DNA of 64,000 nt from Macrostomum lignano (GCA_002269645.1 NIVC01001868.1:163784-227783), one strand, 5' to 3'. Positions 1 to 24,135 are shown, counted from the first letter of the stretch. Notes: generated by a model not told the origin, from the letters alone. Numbers and translations: made by a program.

Positions 1-10
1 CGGATTCTTA

Positions 11-9029
<9,019 letters not shown>

Positions 9030-9574
9030 CTGAAGTCAAATGCGATCCAGTTCGTCACTGTAGTTTTTCACTGTCAGCTGTTTGAAATTTCTAATCTGCT
9101 CAAAGCTTCTCTTAGCTGAATGAAGTGCCGATCAGTGTAATTATTTCGTGGCCCCGGGCCTGAGCAGCGCGGCAGTTAAATATGAAATCGAGGCGGGGCG
9201 GCCTAGCGGGGTGTTTGAGCAGGGCAGGGGGGGGGGGGAGGCGGAGAAGCCGGTCCGGTTGGTTGGCTGTCAAATCGAGTCCCCAGTCTCAGTGAGCAGC
9301 TGCCGGCCCGCCCAAGTGCTCAGCCAGTCAGCCACCCCAACCCCTGCCAACTGCCGCCGGCCAACCCCAAATCCGCTGGCGCTTGTCTGCGCCGGACCGC
9401 CCAGGTCCCGCCCTCCACTACTGAGCAGGTAAGGGTTGGGACCGCCAATAGGCGAACGGCTGGCCCAGTGCGACCGTCCAATTGGGTGGCCAGCTACCTT
9501 TCCCAGCCTCTCGATGCTGCAGCTAGGAATTGCGAACTAATAGGAACTTGGTATGGTATTCGCGCTTAGGGTAA

Positions 9575-9830
9575 TAAAGTGAGTTCATGAGTAACTTTAT
9601 GAGTAACTTTATGAGTGAGTTTATGAGTAAGTTTATTGGTGAGTTTATGACTGATTTTATCAGTAAGTTCATCAATGAGTTTATGAGATATTTTATGAGT
9701 GAGCTCATGAGTTCAAAAAGCCATGAGAACATATGTGAGTTCATGAGATCATGACTGAGTCCATGAGTGAGTAATGAGTTCATGAATGAGTTCATGAGAC
9801 CATAAGAACGTGAGCGAGCTCATGAGTGAG
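9575..9830. repeat. Degenerate ATGAGT-based low-complexity repeat
   Basis: Recurrent (T/C)ATGAGT units of about 12 bp. Confidence 0.7.
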
Positions 9831-10725
9831 TGACTGAAAGTGAGAGGGGTAAAGGGAAGAAACAGAAGAGAACAGAGGACCGGTGGCTCTCTGCAACAAA
9901 ATTGCTTTTTTCTTGGGGGGGGGGGGGGCGGTGCGGGAACTAGCCAGCCTGTGTGATGCATGCCCTCTGCCTGAGACAACTGTTTATGAAAGACACAAAT
10001 AGGATTGGCGGAGTGAAAGGGAGACGAGAAATTGAATGGGGTGCAAAGGGATCTGGGGGGGGGGAGGGGAAATGAAACGGGGGAGAAATATCCCTACAGT
10101 CTTACACACCTGGCAAAACATTGAGCACGCCTATTTGGGAATACATGGCGCCTCATGTCGGGAGCAGTGCTGGCTGCTGGAGGGCGCCGTCAGATTGAGA
10201 AGCTGTGAAAAAGTCACCATTTGGCAAGTGTGTGTCTGTGTGTATTGAGGCTCCGCAAAGATGCAGAAAAGGGGATTCTGGGAGGCAAACACTTCGCTGT
10301 CACTCCGACGTGGCCGACCCGCCACTCCCCCCTCTTTCCCTCTCTCTCTGCTTTCGCTGTGCTTCTCGCTCTCATAAAATCCCCTTTCTCGCATTGCTGT
10401 ACCCGCCCCTCACGCCGGTGCGCTGTCAGTTTTGGCAAAATGAAAATGGCAAGTGGAACAAAAACACAACACAATGATGAGGCGAGAGCTGTGCCGGTGC
10501 TGAAGGGGCTTCTGCAGCCGCTACCATGTTTTAGGATGGAGAAGGGGTTTGACTCCGCTGAATTTGATGCTGGAGACTGACAGACACGATGAGGCTGTTG
10601 GGGGGTGTGTGGGGCTAATCACCCGTAGGGAGTCTGAGTCTGAGCTGACGGAGCTGATGCAGCTGCTATATGGAATCTAAGCATTACTATCTGAAATGCC
10701 TGACTTCTGTCTGCTTCCGAGTGCG

Positions 10726-11421
10726 CCGATAGCGACGGCTCACTGAAGGATCTGAGGTGGGATAGCGACGGCTCACTGAAGGATCTGAGGTGGGATAGCG
10801 ACGGCTCACTGAAGGATCTGAGGTAGGATAGCGACGGCTCACTGAAGGATCTGAGGTGGGATAGCGACGGCTCACTGAAGGATTTGAGGTGGGATAGCGA
10901 CGGCTCACTGAAGGATCTGAGGTAGGATAGCGACGGCTTACTGAAGGATCTGAGGTGGGATAGCGACGGCTCACTGAAGGATCTGAGGTGGGATAGCGAC
11001 GGCTCACTGAGGGATCTGAGGTGGGATAGCGACGGCTCACTGAAGGATCTGAGGTGCATGGGATAGCGACAGCTCACTGAAGGATCTGAGATGGGATAGC
11101 GACGGCTCACTAAAGGATCTGAGGTGGGATAGCAATGGCTCACTAAAGGATCTGATGTGGGATAGCAATGGCTCACTGAAGGATCTGATGTGGGACAGCG
11201 ACGGCTCACTGATGGATCTGATGTGGGATAGCGGCGGCTCACTGAAGGATCTGATGTGGGATAGCGACGGCTCACTGAAGGATCTGAGGTGTGATAGCGA
11301 CGGCTCACTGAAGGATCTGAGGTGGGATAGCAATGGCTCACTGAAGGATCTGATGTGGGACAGCGACGGCTCACTGAAGGAGCTGATGTGGGACAGCGAC
11401 GGCTCACTGAAGGAGCTGAGG
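10726..11421. repeat. 33-bp minisatellite
   Basis: Unit GATAGCGACGGCTCACTGAAGGATCTGAGGTGG, about 21 copies. Confidence 0.95.
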
Positions 11422-13722
11422 GTATACAAGGGTTGAGAGAGGGAACATGAATGATGTCCAGACACATGTAAAGCAGTGATTAGAGTAAGGTAGCTTTTTA
11501 TGTTTGAAAACTTCTCCCGATCCATGAGCTGTGTAGTGTTGTAAGCTCAACTGAAATGAAAATTAGCGCCCGTTTTTGAGGTGCACAGCCAGAAATAATG
11601 AGCTTTCTATGACACATTGGAGTCAGGATTTAAAGTCCGAGTGTTAAAAAAGAAATGGCAGATTGATTGAATAGGATTAAGGTACGCATTACTGATTCAC
11701 CTGTGGCCCTCCCGCAGAGCCGGCACAATCGGACTCATTAAGACTCAATTGAAGTTATTAACAATCAGTGTGGAAATTTTTTCTGCAGCTTCCGAGAGGG
11801 GTGTTTTTTCTGACTTCGCGCGCTCAATGCAGGGAGTTCAGACACCTGTAGAGCCAAACACAAAGGCTTGGATAATTTGACTGGGGGTGCTGCATCGGAC
11901 GGGAGCAGATTACCGATTTCCCCATGCAGTCTTTCACACTTGACCAGCTGATTTTGCCTGCTGGGCATTCGATTCTGTAATTCCTTCATTCAGATCCCTC
12001 CCAGTCAGATGCTCGCGTTAGGAGGGAGGGAGGGAGAATTCTCCCCAATCTGAGCAGATCATCGCTACAGATAGCTTTAGTGGGAAGTTTCCCTTCGCCT
12101 GCCAAATACAAAAGCAAAACCAGTTGGCAGTTTGCTCCTGCTACGTCTGCTTCTGCCACAATTCCTCCTCTCACTTTGACTTTAACAGCCCGCTATGAGC
12201 AATTAGGGAGCCACTGTGCGGAATTTCGTGCGCATTCTAGCTCACTGCTCAGACACCTGCAAGCCTATAGCGCAGTCACGCACAGTTTTGTATAAACTGC
12301 ATTTTTTCAGCTCAGTGCAGTGTCTGTTATCTTATTTTTTTGTTCTCAAATTGGGGAACAGCATCTCCGTGGATGTGATAGAACTGCTTTATGCTATGCG
12401 ACTTGTATAATCAATGGCTGAATATTACAAAGCCGCCCTCATTGTCGGGTCTTCAATGCTGTCGTCGTGTCGCAGAATTGAAGAAAACACATCTTGTTGA
12501 CCCAGTTAAAATTGTCTTGATTATCATTATGCTGCATGGTCGTATATACGGGCTGAAGATGCTGTTGGCGTGTAACAAAGACCATCAGCTGAGTTATTGT
12601 AGGGGCCGCTGCAGCTTGATTACGAGCTAACTATAAAAACATATAGTGGCTTTCTGATTGCCAATCAATTCTCACTGAATCCCTTTCATTTGCGATACGA
12701 GGCGGGAGGGAAGGCTGGAAAGAAAACGGTACTTCAGAGAGGCCCTTGACAACCCAGCTAGACAAGCATGCAGAATCCCGTGTTGGCTTTATTAAGAATG
12801 ACAACAGTTATTCTGTAGTGTGTCAGAGCGGGATAGCAACAGGGAGGGCAAAGCATCTGAGGAGACTCAGACTCCCGTGAGGTCACCGGCGGGGAGGGTA
12901 GTAAACGGCCCAGCGGGCGGTGACGCGCCCTCAGTAACAATTGAAAATTTGAAAAATCATGTCTGGTGCCTGTTTAAGCCGCAAGCTAACAATTACAAAT
13001 CTATACTATATAACGGCTATATAAGGCAGGTAGACAAAACACTGACAGGTAGCTGCGGGAAGCTGAGGGACGCGTTAAAAACTCGACTTCCGCCGAGGGG
13101 GATGAGACCGGGCTGAGGGCCCGGCCAGCAACCGTGTGCAGCTTCTTTTTTAGACAGGCTGCATCGGAAATGGACAGTTCAGTATTCAATGCGAATAACG
13201 CATGGCTCTGGGAGCTGACGGCTGCGCAAGGCTGAATAGAATATATTGGTAAGCGGAAGTATTTAGGCCTGCAGTGGCCCATGTGGTGCGACTATTGTGT
13301 GTGTGCCGGAATTGAAGGCTGCTTGCTTAATAATTCAGTTGAGAAATTCAATTCAAAGCTGTTCTGTGTGTGCGCGCCCCATACAGAGAGTGAGTGAGAG
13401 AGTGAATGAGCCACCAACTATTTTGTTACTCTTTTGTCTGGCCCCATGGCTCAATAGTCTGGTTTGGGGGCTTCCGCACTCTCACTCATTGCTGTGCCAC
13501 CTCATGGCCGCGCGAGGCAATTTAATGCTCTGTGTGTGTGAGTGGTGTGATTTTTTGTGCCCTTTGTACAACAGATGTATGGTTTATTGGGTTTGTGTCA
13601 CAGTTCCTTCCTTCACCACGCCTCAACCAGCTCGCTCTGCAGGTAGGCAGGAAGGCCGCCCTGTCCTTCAACTGCAACCCTTAGCTAAGAGCAGTCAGAG
13701 ATGCTTATGCTAACTTTTGCTG

Positions 13723-14437
<715 letters not shown>

Positions 14438-15448
14438 CTTGATTTCACGCTGGCCCCAAAGCTATAATTTAATCCTCATTTATCTCTGTAATTCGATGGA
14501 GACAAAGGAGCTGGGGATTAGGATCAGCTCTCACTGACTGGGAATCGAACTTCATTAGTCAATTGTATCGCAAGCAATCCAGTTATAAGCTACCAGTCGC
14601 TCTGTTGCTACAGCCGTTTAACTTTAATTACAACTTGCAGCCTGAGTAGCAACTAATCCGACCAAAGTGCTCAAACTCGCTGAGCGAAATGTAAGCAGCT
14701 ACCCTTCCAGATGGGAAATTTGCCTTATTGACTTATAGAACGCATCGGTGGACGAAAAATACTGAGAGACTGTATTATAGCTTGAGTAGATTAATAGTCG
14801 AACTTATACTACTATAATATACTATTAAAGACTCAAACACATCCAGTTAAATCCCAGTGGCCGAAATAGTTGCATAGGTGCCAATAGAATCTGTGGATCC
14901 CGAGTCCCTAATTTCCTTTCCCGTGGGGTGGAGGGCATTCGTGTGGTATCCAGGCGACAATTTGTGCTGCCGTGCTAAAACGCTCCGACCCCCCGCTGGG
15001 TTTGTGAATTGCAACAATAAAATTTGCTATTTTTTTCCTGAATTGCCAGCTTCCGCCAATTGCTTTCGAGTGGCTTCTGAGAAGGTGTCAAACTGCTCTC
15101 CGGTTGTCGAGCGATGAAGCCGAATTGGCATTTTGGGGGGGGGGGTGAAGGCATGGACCCTGCCTGGCAACTTGCACAGCATCGCCACTGAGTGAGTGAA
15201 AAGTGAATTTTATCGGCTCTTCACTTCTCGAACAAAACAATTGTGCCAGCCATTTTCACGTTTTTAGTTGGATTTTTTTATAAATCCTTTTCTCACTTTC
15301 GAATTCCCACCCTGCCTCTCTGTGAGAATCCATTGCCCGAATGAGGGCTCTGCGTCTGTCAAGTGCAGTGCACTTTAAAAAGCTTAAAAATTATAATTCT
15401 TTGAACTCTTAGTGCAGGATGAGCAAATCTTGTTTAGAAAAGTTTCTT

Positions 15449-15815
15449 TAATGGGCGATTTTCCTAGGCAGAGATTCTTTGATTGGCGATTTTCCTAGGC
15501 AGAGATTGATGGGCGATTTTCGTTAGCAGAGATTCTCTGATTTGTGATTTTCTTTTTGGGGGGAGATTCTTTAATGGGTGATCTTCATATGCATAGCTTC
15601 TTTGATGGGCGATTTTCCTAGGCAGATGTTCTTTAATGGGCGATTTTTCTAAACAGAGATTCTTTGATGGGTGATTTTCCTAGGCAGAGATTCTTTGATG
15701 GGTGATTTTCCTAGGCAGAGATTCTTTGATGGGCGATTTTCCTTTTCGGGGGAGATTCTTTGATGGGCGATTTTCCTTTTCGGGGGAGATTCTTTGCTGG
15801 GCGATTTTCTTGGGA
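15449..15815. repeat. About 31-bp minisatellite
   Basis: Unit GATGGGCGATTTTCCTAGGCAGAGATTCTTT. Confidence 0.9.
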
Positions 15816-18749
15816 GACTTTAAAATGGACTAATTTTATGCAATGACTTTATAAAAATGCATCAATTTCGGTATGAAGTCTCTAGTGGACTGACTGCAGA
15901 CAATCGCTTGGCACAAGAATGCCATCGCACAGAGAAAGAGAGAGAGAGAGAGAGAGAGTTGTCGAGCAGAGTCCACACTGAAAGCTGCTGTCAGCCATGC
16001 CAGATGAGCTCCGAGCGGCCCTTCAATGGCGTTTAAAAATAGCGCAAAAGTTAAAAAAACAGAAGAAGAGGCTGCAGGCTGCCACATCCGCCTGCAGAAC
16101 CGCCCGGCGTGTGCAGCCCAGCTTCCTGTGCGCTAATGAAAGCCGCTGCAGCCTGCAGTGTCCGGGATATCATTGGTAACACCTGCTGGTTTTTGGGAGG
16201 AGCAGATCGGCGGACACACGGGAAACCAGAGCCGCATGGGCTTTAGAGGGAGTTTGCGGCATTTCCTGATCACAGAATGGTCGGGTCCGGCCGCCCTGTG
16301 AGACACAGAAGAAGCAGCTAGGGACCCGGGACCTTTGAGAATGACTGAGACAAGAGGTATGGGGTAGTCAACTGTCGCACAGAGCCTCCACAAACGAAGC
16401 GCCTGTAGTGCAGAAATTCTGCCAGAAACTCATGTGAATGCAAAGTGAAAATTGTTTTTTTCCTAATCCCGAAACGTTCCCGGTTTCCTGTTGCGCGCGA
16501 TCTGCTCCGCGCTTTCCTTCCGATTCACGCATTAAAAAGCAGCAGCAGGGAGAGTAGGGGGAGCAGGACTCAGCAGGAGCCCCGGCAACAGGGGATGAGA
16601 AGGGGTGAGATCTAGTTCGCTAACAATCGCTGCTGATCAAAAGTTGCAGACTTTCAGTCGCCGACAAAAACCAGTTGATCAGAGGTTTTTTATATTAAGC
16701 TGTTGGCTATTGGGAAATGATGTGTAAAGACGCGCTAAGCAGAATGGCTGACTTGGTAGTGAGGCTGGACTGCATTGGCATCATTGTTTGCCCAGCAACA
16801 CGGCCTCGGCGGCCGGTTGGCGCCTGGCGCAGCTTCCTGACGACCGTCTGACGCCGTCAAGTGGCTCGCTAGGCCCCGTGGACATCAACGACTCTGACAA
16901 GCTGACGAACAATGGCTAAAGACAGCAAACACAATCGGAATAAATGGATCGAATCGCTGCTTTCACTCTTTATTGGGAGGGGGAGACATGAATGACAGGT
17001 GCAGCTCTGAAGCAGATGAGGCATGCAGACAAAGAAAATTGCATCTGAGGCAAAAATACACCGGACGCCCAGGTGGCAATAAAAGACGTCGAGTCAATAA
17101 GCAATAATCTGCTTCAGCGCTGCTGCCACCGCTGCCGCTGCCGGCGCGAGCAATGGCGTGGAATGCGGTGAAAATATTTGAGCACAGGAAAAGCGATGAT
17201 CTGCGAGCCCTTTTTGTTCGCGACCTCGGCTACAAAGGCGACAGGGAATTTCGGGCCTTTGTGATCATAACCCCACCTTGATCTTGCTAATACAGAACCA
17301 GGTGCGCACAGAGAGAGAGAGAGTGAACTGCCCAGGCATTTCCGCAATTCCGGGAGACCTCCCCCTATTCGCTTTCTGTTTCAAAGCCAATTTGCGTCTC
17401 TGGAACAGCCTCGCGGCTTCTGTTCGCCTCCTGTCGGAGAGGAAGCTGACTGGCTGGGGGCTGAAAGGCAACAACTTTCGAGGAAATTTCTCTCGCGGTT
17501 GAAGAGCTTGAAGAGCCGCCAGCTAAAGGGATTTTCTTGTGAAGAAGACAAGGCAGAGGTGCTCTCTTGTGTTCGCCTTGTTCTCGTGCTCGTGCGTGCG
17601 AAAACTCGGACAGTCCCTCAGCCCCGAGCAGATTCGTGTTGTCTGCTGTAGAGCCCTCGGGGCACCGAGCACGCCATGATGCAGTGATTCCTTCCTGAGC
17701 ACCCGGCCTCGCCTTCTGAAACCGGCATCATCATGGGATTGTGTGTGTGAGACAGACTCAGAAGGCGTGGCTCTAGTTCAATTGAAGGGCTCTAGTTCAT
17801 CTGTCGCATTCTGCGAGCCTCGCCGTTGAGATGTCGTGACTCTCGGTGACCTTCAGTTTTTAATTACCGCCGCAGGTTCCCCTGAAGCGCGTCAAACTTC
17901 AAGGTGGGCGGAGCCCAGCTCAGCCTCCGGAATAACGCCGCGGTCTTGCTTGATGAAGCTTGTTGAAAACAGCTATACCTTGATAACAATGAGCGGTCCC
18001 ATTCATGGCCTGCAGGTTGTGAATAGATGACAACAATGAGAAGCTGAGCCCGGAGGGGGATGGGTTCGATCGAATTCTCAGGGTTCCCGGTAACACGACA
18101 CTGCACACTTGGGGAATTTTTATTAAATATATTGCTACGTCGATTAACTTCATGAAGGCTGACAAAGTGAGGAAATATGAAAATCGGGCGGCCCTACCAA
18201 ATACCTGGCATGGTTCTCAGAGTGACCCTACAATAGAGAAGCCAGTGCTCCAGTTTTCTATCACACTTGGAGCAGCAATGTCTGGGTCATGCTTTTTTCT
18301 TCTACCCAAAACTTCATTGAAATCCTTCACACAGTTGGCCGCGTGCCCCAGTATTGTGAGCTAAAACAAGAAGGCTGAATTGCCGAGGAACGCAGCAGGC
18401 CAGCAATATTGAGCAACTACTCATAAATAGGGAAGCCCCGCAGATGCGCATCGGGGGGGGGGGGCTGGCCGAAGTTCAGGCCGTTCCGCTGGCCCCAATG
18501 AGAAGCGAACTTGAATGAGAAAGCTAAGCAGCTGAGGTCGTCACAACAACACCCCGCTGCTCACCGTTGGAGTGGCCCGGATTCTGGAATCCATCATCAG
18601 TCTTGCGGTCTGGCGTTCCGATGAGTTGTGGAGACTGCAAGCTGCTGTTTGATGACCTCATACTCTTAGGGCTTATTTTGGTCTCTCATACACACACAGA
18701 GAACGCATTGAAATCTGCAGTAATTGGTGCAAGCAAGCATCATGTACAG

Positions 18750-18981
18750 TCACAAGTGAGCATGGTCAATTGCGCATGGTCACAAGTGCGCATGGTCACA
18801 AGTGCGCATGGTCACAAGTGAGCATGGTCGCAAGTGCGCATTGGTCACAAGTGCGCATGGTCACAAGTGCGCATGGTCACAAGTGAGCATGGTCACAAGT
18901 GCGCATGGTCACAAGTGCGCATTGGTCACAAGTGCGCATGGTCACAAGTGCGCATGGTCACAAGTGAGCATGGTCACAAGT
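18750..18981. repeat. 16-bp minisatellite
   Basis: Unit CATGGTCACAAGTGCG. Confidence 0.92.
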
Positions 18982-19959
18982 TTCTATCCTTACTACATCA
19001 TGTTCGCACTGCAGAATTTGCACAAAAACAAATCCCAGCTATAGAAGTCTTCAGGCTCAATTTCTCCCCCTATTGAATAACTTTCCCCAATAGCTCATTT
19101 CTGGCGCAAAGACATTAGGAGAAAAATCCTCAAGAGCTGCAAGACCTGGCAGTGCTCTGGCAGTTTTGCTTTCTTTTCAAGCCCGACGCACCAATTCAAG
19201 CCCGACCTCTCGTATCGGTTGATTCCATCACGGTGCAGCCTGTGAACCCAGCTCTCTCCTTTGTTCACCGACTTCTCTTCCCCCCAACCATGCAGTTCCT
19301 GCTTCCCCTGTCAAGTCAGCGCCTTCTCACAGCGGGAGGCCTGACATTGGGATACTCTAGCCCCCGCGCGCCTCACTTTCTCCCCATCGTGGCTCGCATA
19401 CAGCTGTCCCCGCAGCGCAGCAAAGCGGCCATCCTGCCAGGAACAGCCGCCCTCCCCAACTACCTACTTTTTTAAACACAACACTATCAGCTCTTGTCTG
19501 AGCTGTGCGCGTCTTTTTAAAGCAAACAGCAGCAGAAGCAACAACAACAGCAGCAGCAGCAGCAGCCCCGGTCAGGGGGAGTTGCAGGGGGACAATGGCC
19601 AGCAGACGCGCGCTGGGGAAAAAACTCCCCAAGCAAGATTTGTCACAATTTTGCAATGCTTTCCCATGCAGCCTCAAACTGATGCAGGATCCGGCAGCTA
19701 AATCCAGAGTCCTCCGTCTGGACTGAGCAACAACTCAATTTCTTCTGCATGGATTACTCAGAGCTTTGCGCAGAATTCAATTCACTTTTGTTAGCTGAGC
19801 AATTCAGGATTTCATTTTTTTCATTTCGGTTGTAAAACCAACGCGCATTGCATTACATTGGCTTAGTGACTGGTGTCTGCTTAGACTGCAACATATGCAG
19901 TGAAAATTGCAATTTATTTAGATTTCTAGTATTTGATCCTATAGGAACTTGGCAGCGTC

Positions 19960-21260
19960 TGTGTACAGCTGGTTTGACAGCCTTTGTACAGCTGGTTTGA
20001 AAGCCTTTGTACAGCTGGTTTGACAGCCTTTGTACAGCTGGTTTGACAGCCTTTGTACAGCTGGTTTGACAGCCTTTGTACAGCTGATTTGACAGCCTTT
20101 GTACTTTGTACAGCTGGTTTGACAGCCTTTGTACAGCTGGTTTGATAGTCTTTGTACAGCTGGTTTGACAGCCTTTGTACAGCTGGTTTGACAGCCTTTG
20201 TACAGCTGGTTTGACAGCCTTTGTACAGCTGGTTTGACAGCCTTTGTACAGCTGGTTTGACAGCCTTTGTACAGCTGGTTTGACAGCCTTTGTACAGCTG
20301 GTTTGATAGTCTTTGTACAGCTGGTTTGACAGCCTTTGTACAGCTGGTTTGACAGTCTTTGTACAGCTGGTTTGACAGCCTTTGTACAGCTGGTTTGACA
20401 GCCTTTGTACAGCTGGTTTGACAGTCTTTGTACAGCTGATTTGACAGCCTTTGTACAGCTGATTTGACAGCCTTTGTACAGCTGGTTTGACAGCCTTTGT
20501 ACAGCTGATTTGACAGCCTTTGTACTTTGTACAGCTGGTTTGACAGCCTTTGTACAGCTGGTTTGATAGTCTTTGTACAGCTGGTTTGGCAGCCTTTGTA
20601 CAGCTGGTTTGACAGCCTTTGTACAGCTGGTTTGACAGCCTTTGTACAGCTGGTTTGACAGCCTTTGTACAGCTGATTTGACAGCCTTTGTACAGCTGGT
20701 TTGACAGCCTTTGTACAGCTGATTTGACAGCCTTTGTACAGCTGATTTGACAGCCTTTGTACAGCTGGTTTGACAGCCTTTGTACAGCTGATTTGACAGC
20801 CTTTGTACTTTGTACAGCTGGTTTGACAGCCTTTGTACAGCTGGTTTGATAGTCTTTGTACAGCTGGTTTGACAGCCTTTGTACAGCTGGTTTGACAGCC
20901 TTTGTACAGCTGGTTTGACAGCCTTTGTACAGCTGGTTTGACAGCCTTTGTACAGCTGATTTGACAGCCTTTGTACAGCTGGTTTGACAGTCTTTGTACA
21001 GCTGATTTGACAGTCTTTGTACAGCTGATTTGACAGCCTTTGTACAGCTGGTTTGACAGCCTTTGTACAGCTGATTTGACAGCCTTTGTACAGCTGGTTT
21101 GACAGCCTTTGTACAGCTGGTTTGACAGTCTTTGTACAGCTGATTTGACAGCCTTTGTACAGCTGGTTTGATAGCCTTTGTACAGCTGGTTTGATAGCCT
21201 TTGTACAGCTGGTGTGACAGCCTTTGTACAGATGGTTTGACAGTCTTTATACAGCTAGTT
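19960..21260. repeat. 23-bp minisatellite
   Basis: Unit CTTTGTACAGCTGGTTTGACAGC, about 55 copies. Confidence 0.95.
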
Positions 21261-23624
21261 TGACAACCTCCATACTGCTAGTTGACAGTTTCTGTATGTG
21301 TTTCAATCTCTTTACAGCTGGTGTGACAGCCTCCCGTAGATTTGGAAGTATTATGTTCTGAAAATGGCCGCATTCTCTTCTGTACAGCTTACTTTAGACA
21401 GTCTTAAAATTACCTAAAAATGAGCTGAACAATAGAAGTCATTAAATCAATCAAACAATCAAATAAGACAGTAGGTTATAATATGATTGCGCCATTAAAG
21501 ATCTCGGTAGCATACAAAATACATAGTAGAGATATACAGGAATTGAAGAGCCAGAAGCCACAGACAGACATATAGTTAGTGCAAGCGGTTCTGCTCTGTT
21601 GGGCTTGATAAAACTGGCAGGAGCACTCGGAGCGGAACCACCTGCGGAGAGAGAGAGCGTGAATTAAATATAAAAGTGCGTAGACGAACAGCGAAAGCCT
21701 ATAGTGAAGGCGGGATTGAAAGGCGACCATGCAGCCACCCTCAGAGTTTGAATATTGCATGCGGCGGCGCAGATTTTCATTTGATTCTGCGGCGATTGAC
21801 CGATGGCCACCTTAATGACAGTCGGTCTCAGCGGGGGGGGGGGCTGTCGGACCGAGGCGGAGATTAAAAATTGCTCTGAGCAAGGGAACAATCGAAATTA
21901 TTTGAGGGAAATGGAAGTGGAAGCGGAGCGGTGTCCCAGCGGAGTCAGCGGGAGCTGTCACGCGCTCTCGGCGAAGTCGCAGAGGAGTTGGCAGCAGGAA
22001 GCCGAGCTGTTTCATTTTCTATTCGCACCTCATCTCCCGGAGCTCATCCGCTCCCGCCCTATCTGGGGATGTCCCGCATCCTTTTCTTTGGCCGGCGCCT
22101 TAGACGTGATCGTGTTTGGGAAGAAAGAATTGAGCTCAAGTCGACCGGAGGCGGCGGGAGGCCTCGCGGGTGGCAACCGGGATGCCGGCTCGGCGCCAGC
22201 TAATGGCATCCGAGAGTGTCTGCGTGTTTTTTGACTGACCCGCGAGTTGCAGAAGCAGCAACTGCGGAAATGCCGGGCTCTCAGTGGCGAGAGAATCTTT
22301 CAGTTCAGCTGACTGGCTGGCCTGGCCTGCAAAGCTTTTCAATGCAGATGCTGAATTAGCTGGCAATGCTGGTGCTAGCACTGGCTCATACTCCATCATC
22401 CTGTGCCTGTCTGTCTGCCTGCTTGCCTGTCTGTCTGCCTGCCCGTCTGTCTGTCTTTCTGTCTGCCTTATTTCAAACTCATCAAATACTTCACATAGAC
22501 TATCTCAGATCTCCCTTTCACGAGCGAGCTTTCAGTTGTCAAACGCGGCACATTTAAAATACGGCTGTTTTCTGAATATGTACATGTACGCTCATATTCC
22601 GCTGATCAGCGACAACAAATTAAGAAGATCAACATTGTGCAAGCTACAGCGCCCTTCTAACAGCTTACGCAACAAATTCATGATGACGACAGTTGGTTAA
22701 CGATTCGGCCGCTACAAATCAATGGGAACACACTGAAGATGTGTTCAACATCACAGAAGACAGCTAGTCTAGTTTTGCCAGTCTCCATGGCCCGGCCCGG
22801 AGACCCCATGCTGGCAAGCCGCACTTGCCCGACTGTGTCGCCTCGAGGCTCAAAAAGATCGACGTGGATTTTCGACGAGAGTTGAGCACAGGAATGAGAT
22901 GACGGATCCCCGGTAGCATAGCAGACTTTTAATGAAGAGGCCCACTAGTGAGTGGGAGGCTGGAAGAGGATTCCAGAGTGAAGCCAGCGAGAGAGAGAGA
23001 GTCGACCCTCAAGTGATGCCGCGCCTTTGCTGCCAGGTGTGAAGTAGGTGCGTGCTTATATGCCCGAATGAGTGAGTGATGCAACAGTGAATGAAGAGGC
23101 CGAGCCGGGGCTCTAGGATGTGGAGAAGAGAGGCTGTGATTTACGTTACAGACTCGCTCCACTTGACCACATGGCTGTCGGTTGGTTGAGACGCAGGGCA
23201 GGGGAAAGGAGAGGCTGCAGGGCTTGCCTAATCAGCCAGCTCGCTGGCAGGCCGAGCCGCAGCCAGGCAGACTCATTAGTTCCAGAGTCTTGTGACGCCG
23301 CCAAGGCCTCTTTAACATGCGCGCCCGGCCGGCAAAGCAAAAAAGAGCGGAATTTCCCTGTCTGTGCCCGCAAGGAAAAAATCTACCGTGTGCCACTTAC
23401 CTACCCCCCTAACCTGCTTCTACCGCCGGCAACTCAAAACTGTTTCGAGCTTGTTTTTTGCATGCTTTTAGAGGAAACTGGCGTCTTGCTTTCTTAGATG
23501 CGTCCGTCTTTGAAGGCTTTTGCCCAGATTTCTAGCAAAGCGATTTTCGAGATAAAGAGTATGATAAATATTTATCTTAGGTCCTAAAGCTGCAATCCTA
23601 AGCTAAGAATACTACAGTGGATCA

Positions 23625-24135
23625 CCATATTGGGTGTTCGAGTGTCAGAGGCGCCATTTTTAACTTCTTGTGGCGCCATGTTGAGTGTCAACGGCGCCAT
23701 TTTTGACTTCTTGAGGCACCATGTTGGGTGTCACAGGCGCCATTTTTGACTTCTTGAGGCGATATATTGGTTGTCAGAGGCGCCATTTTTGACTTCTTGA
23801 GGCACCATGTTGGGTGTCACAGGCGCCATTTTTGACTTCTTGAGGCGCCATGTTGGGTGTCACAGGCGCCATTTTTGACTTCTTGAGGCGCCATGTTGGG
23901 TGTCACAGGCGCCATTTTTGACTTCTTGAGGCACCATGTTGGGTGTCACAGGCGCCATTTTTGACTTCTTGAGGCGCCATGTTGGGTGTCACAGGCGCCA
24001 TTTTTGACTTCTTGAGGCGCCATGTTGGGTGTCACAGGCGCCATTTTTGACTTCTTGAGGCGCCATGTTGGGTGTCCCAGGCGCCATTTTTGACTTCTTG
24101 AGGCACCATGTTGGGTGTCACAGGCCCCATTTTGG
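23625..24135. repeat. 43-bp minisatellite
   Basis: Unit GTTGGGTGTCACAGGCGCCATTTTTGACTTCTTGAGGCGCCAT. Confidence 0.93.

Noticed and set aside
10619-11525. Repeat-peptide ORFs and a CRISPR-like appearance
   Set aside because: A 33-bp tandem minisatellite with no unique spacers and no cas genes, in a eukaryotic context. The same applies to the other arrays.
13154-13248. Plus-strand acceptor and donor pair
   Set aside because: Stops in all three frames and no supporting context. It could only be a non-coding exon, which cannot be supported from sequence alone.
22780-22902. Acceptor followed by a 40-codon open frame
   Set aside because: No poly(A) signal, no recognisable motif, and a length expected by chance in GC-rich DNA.
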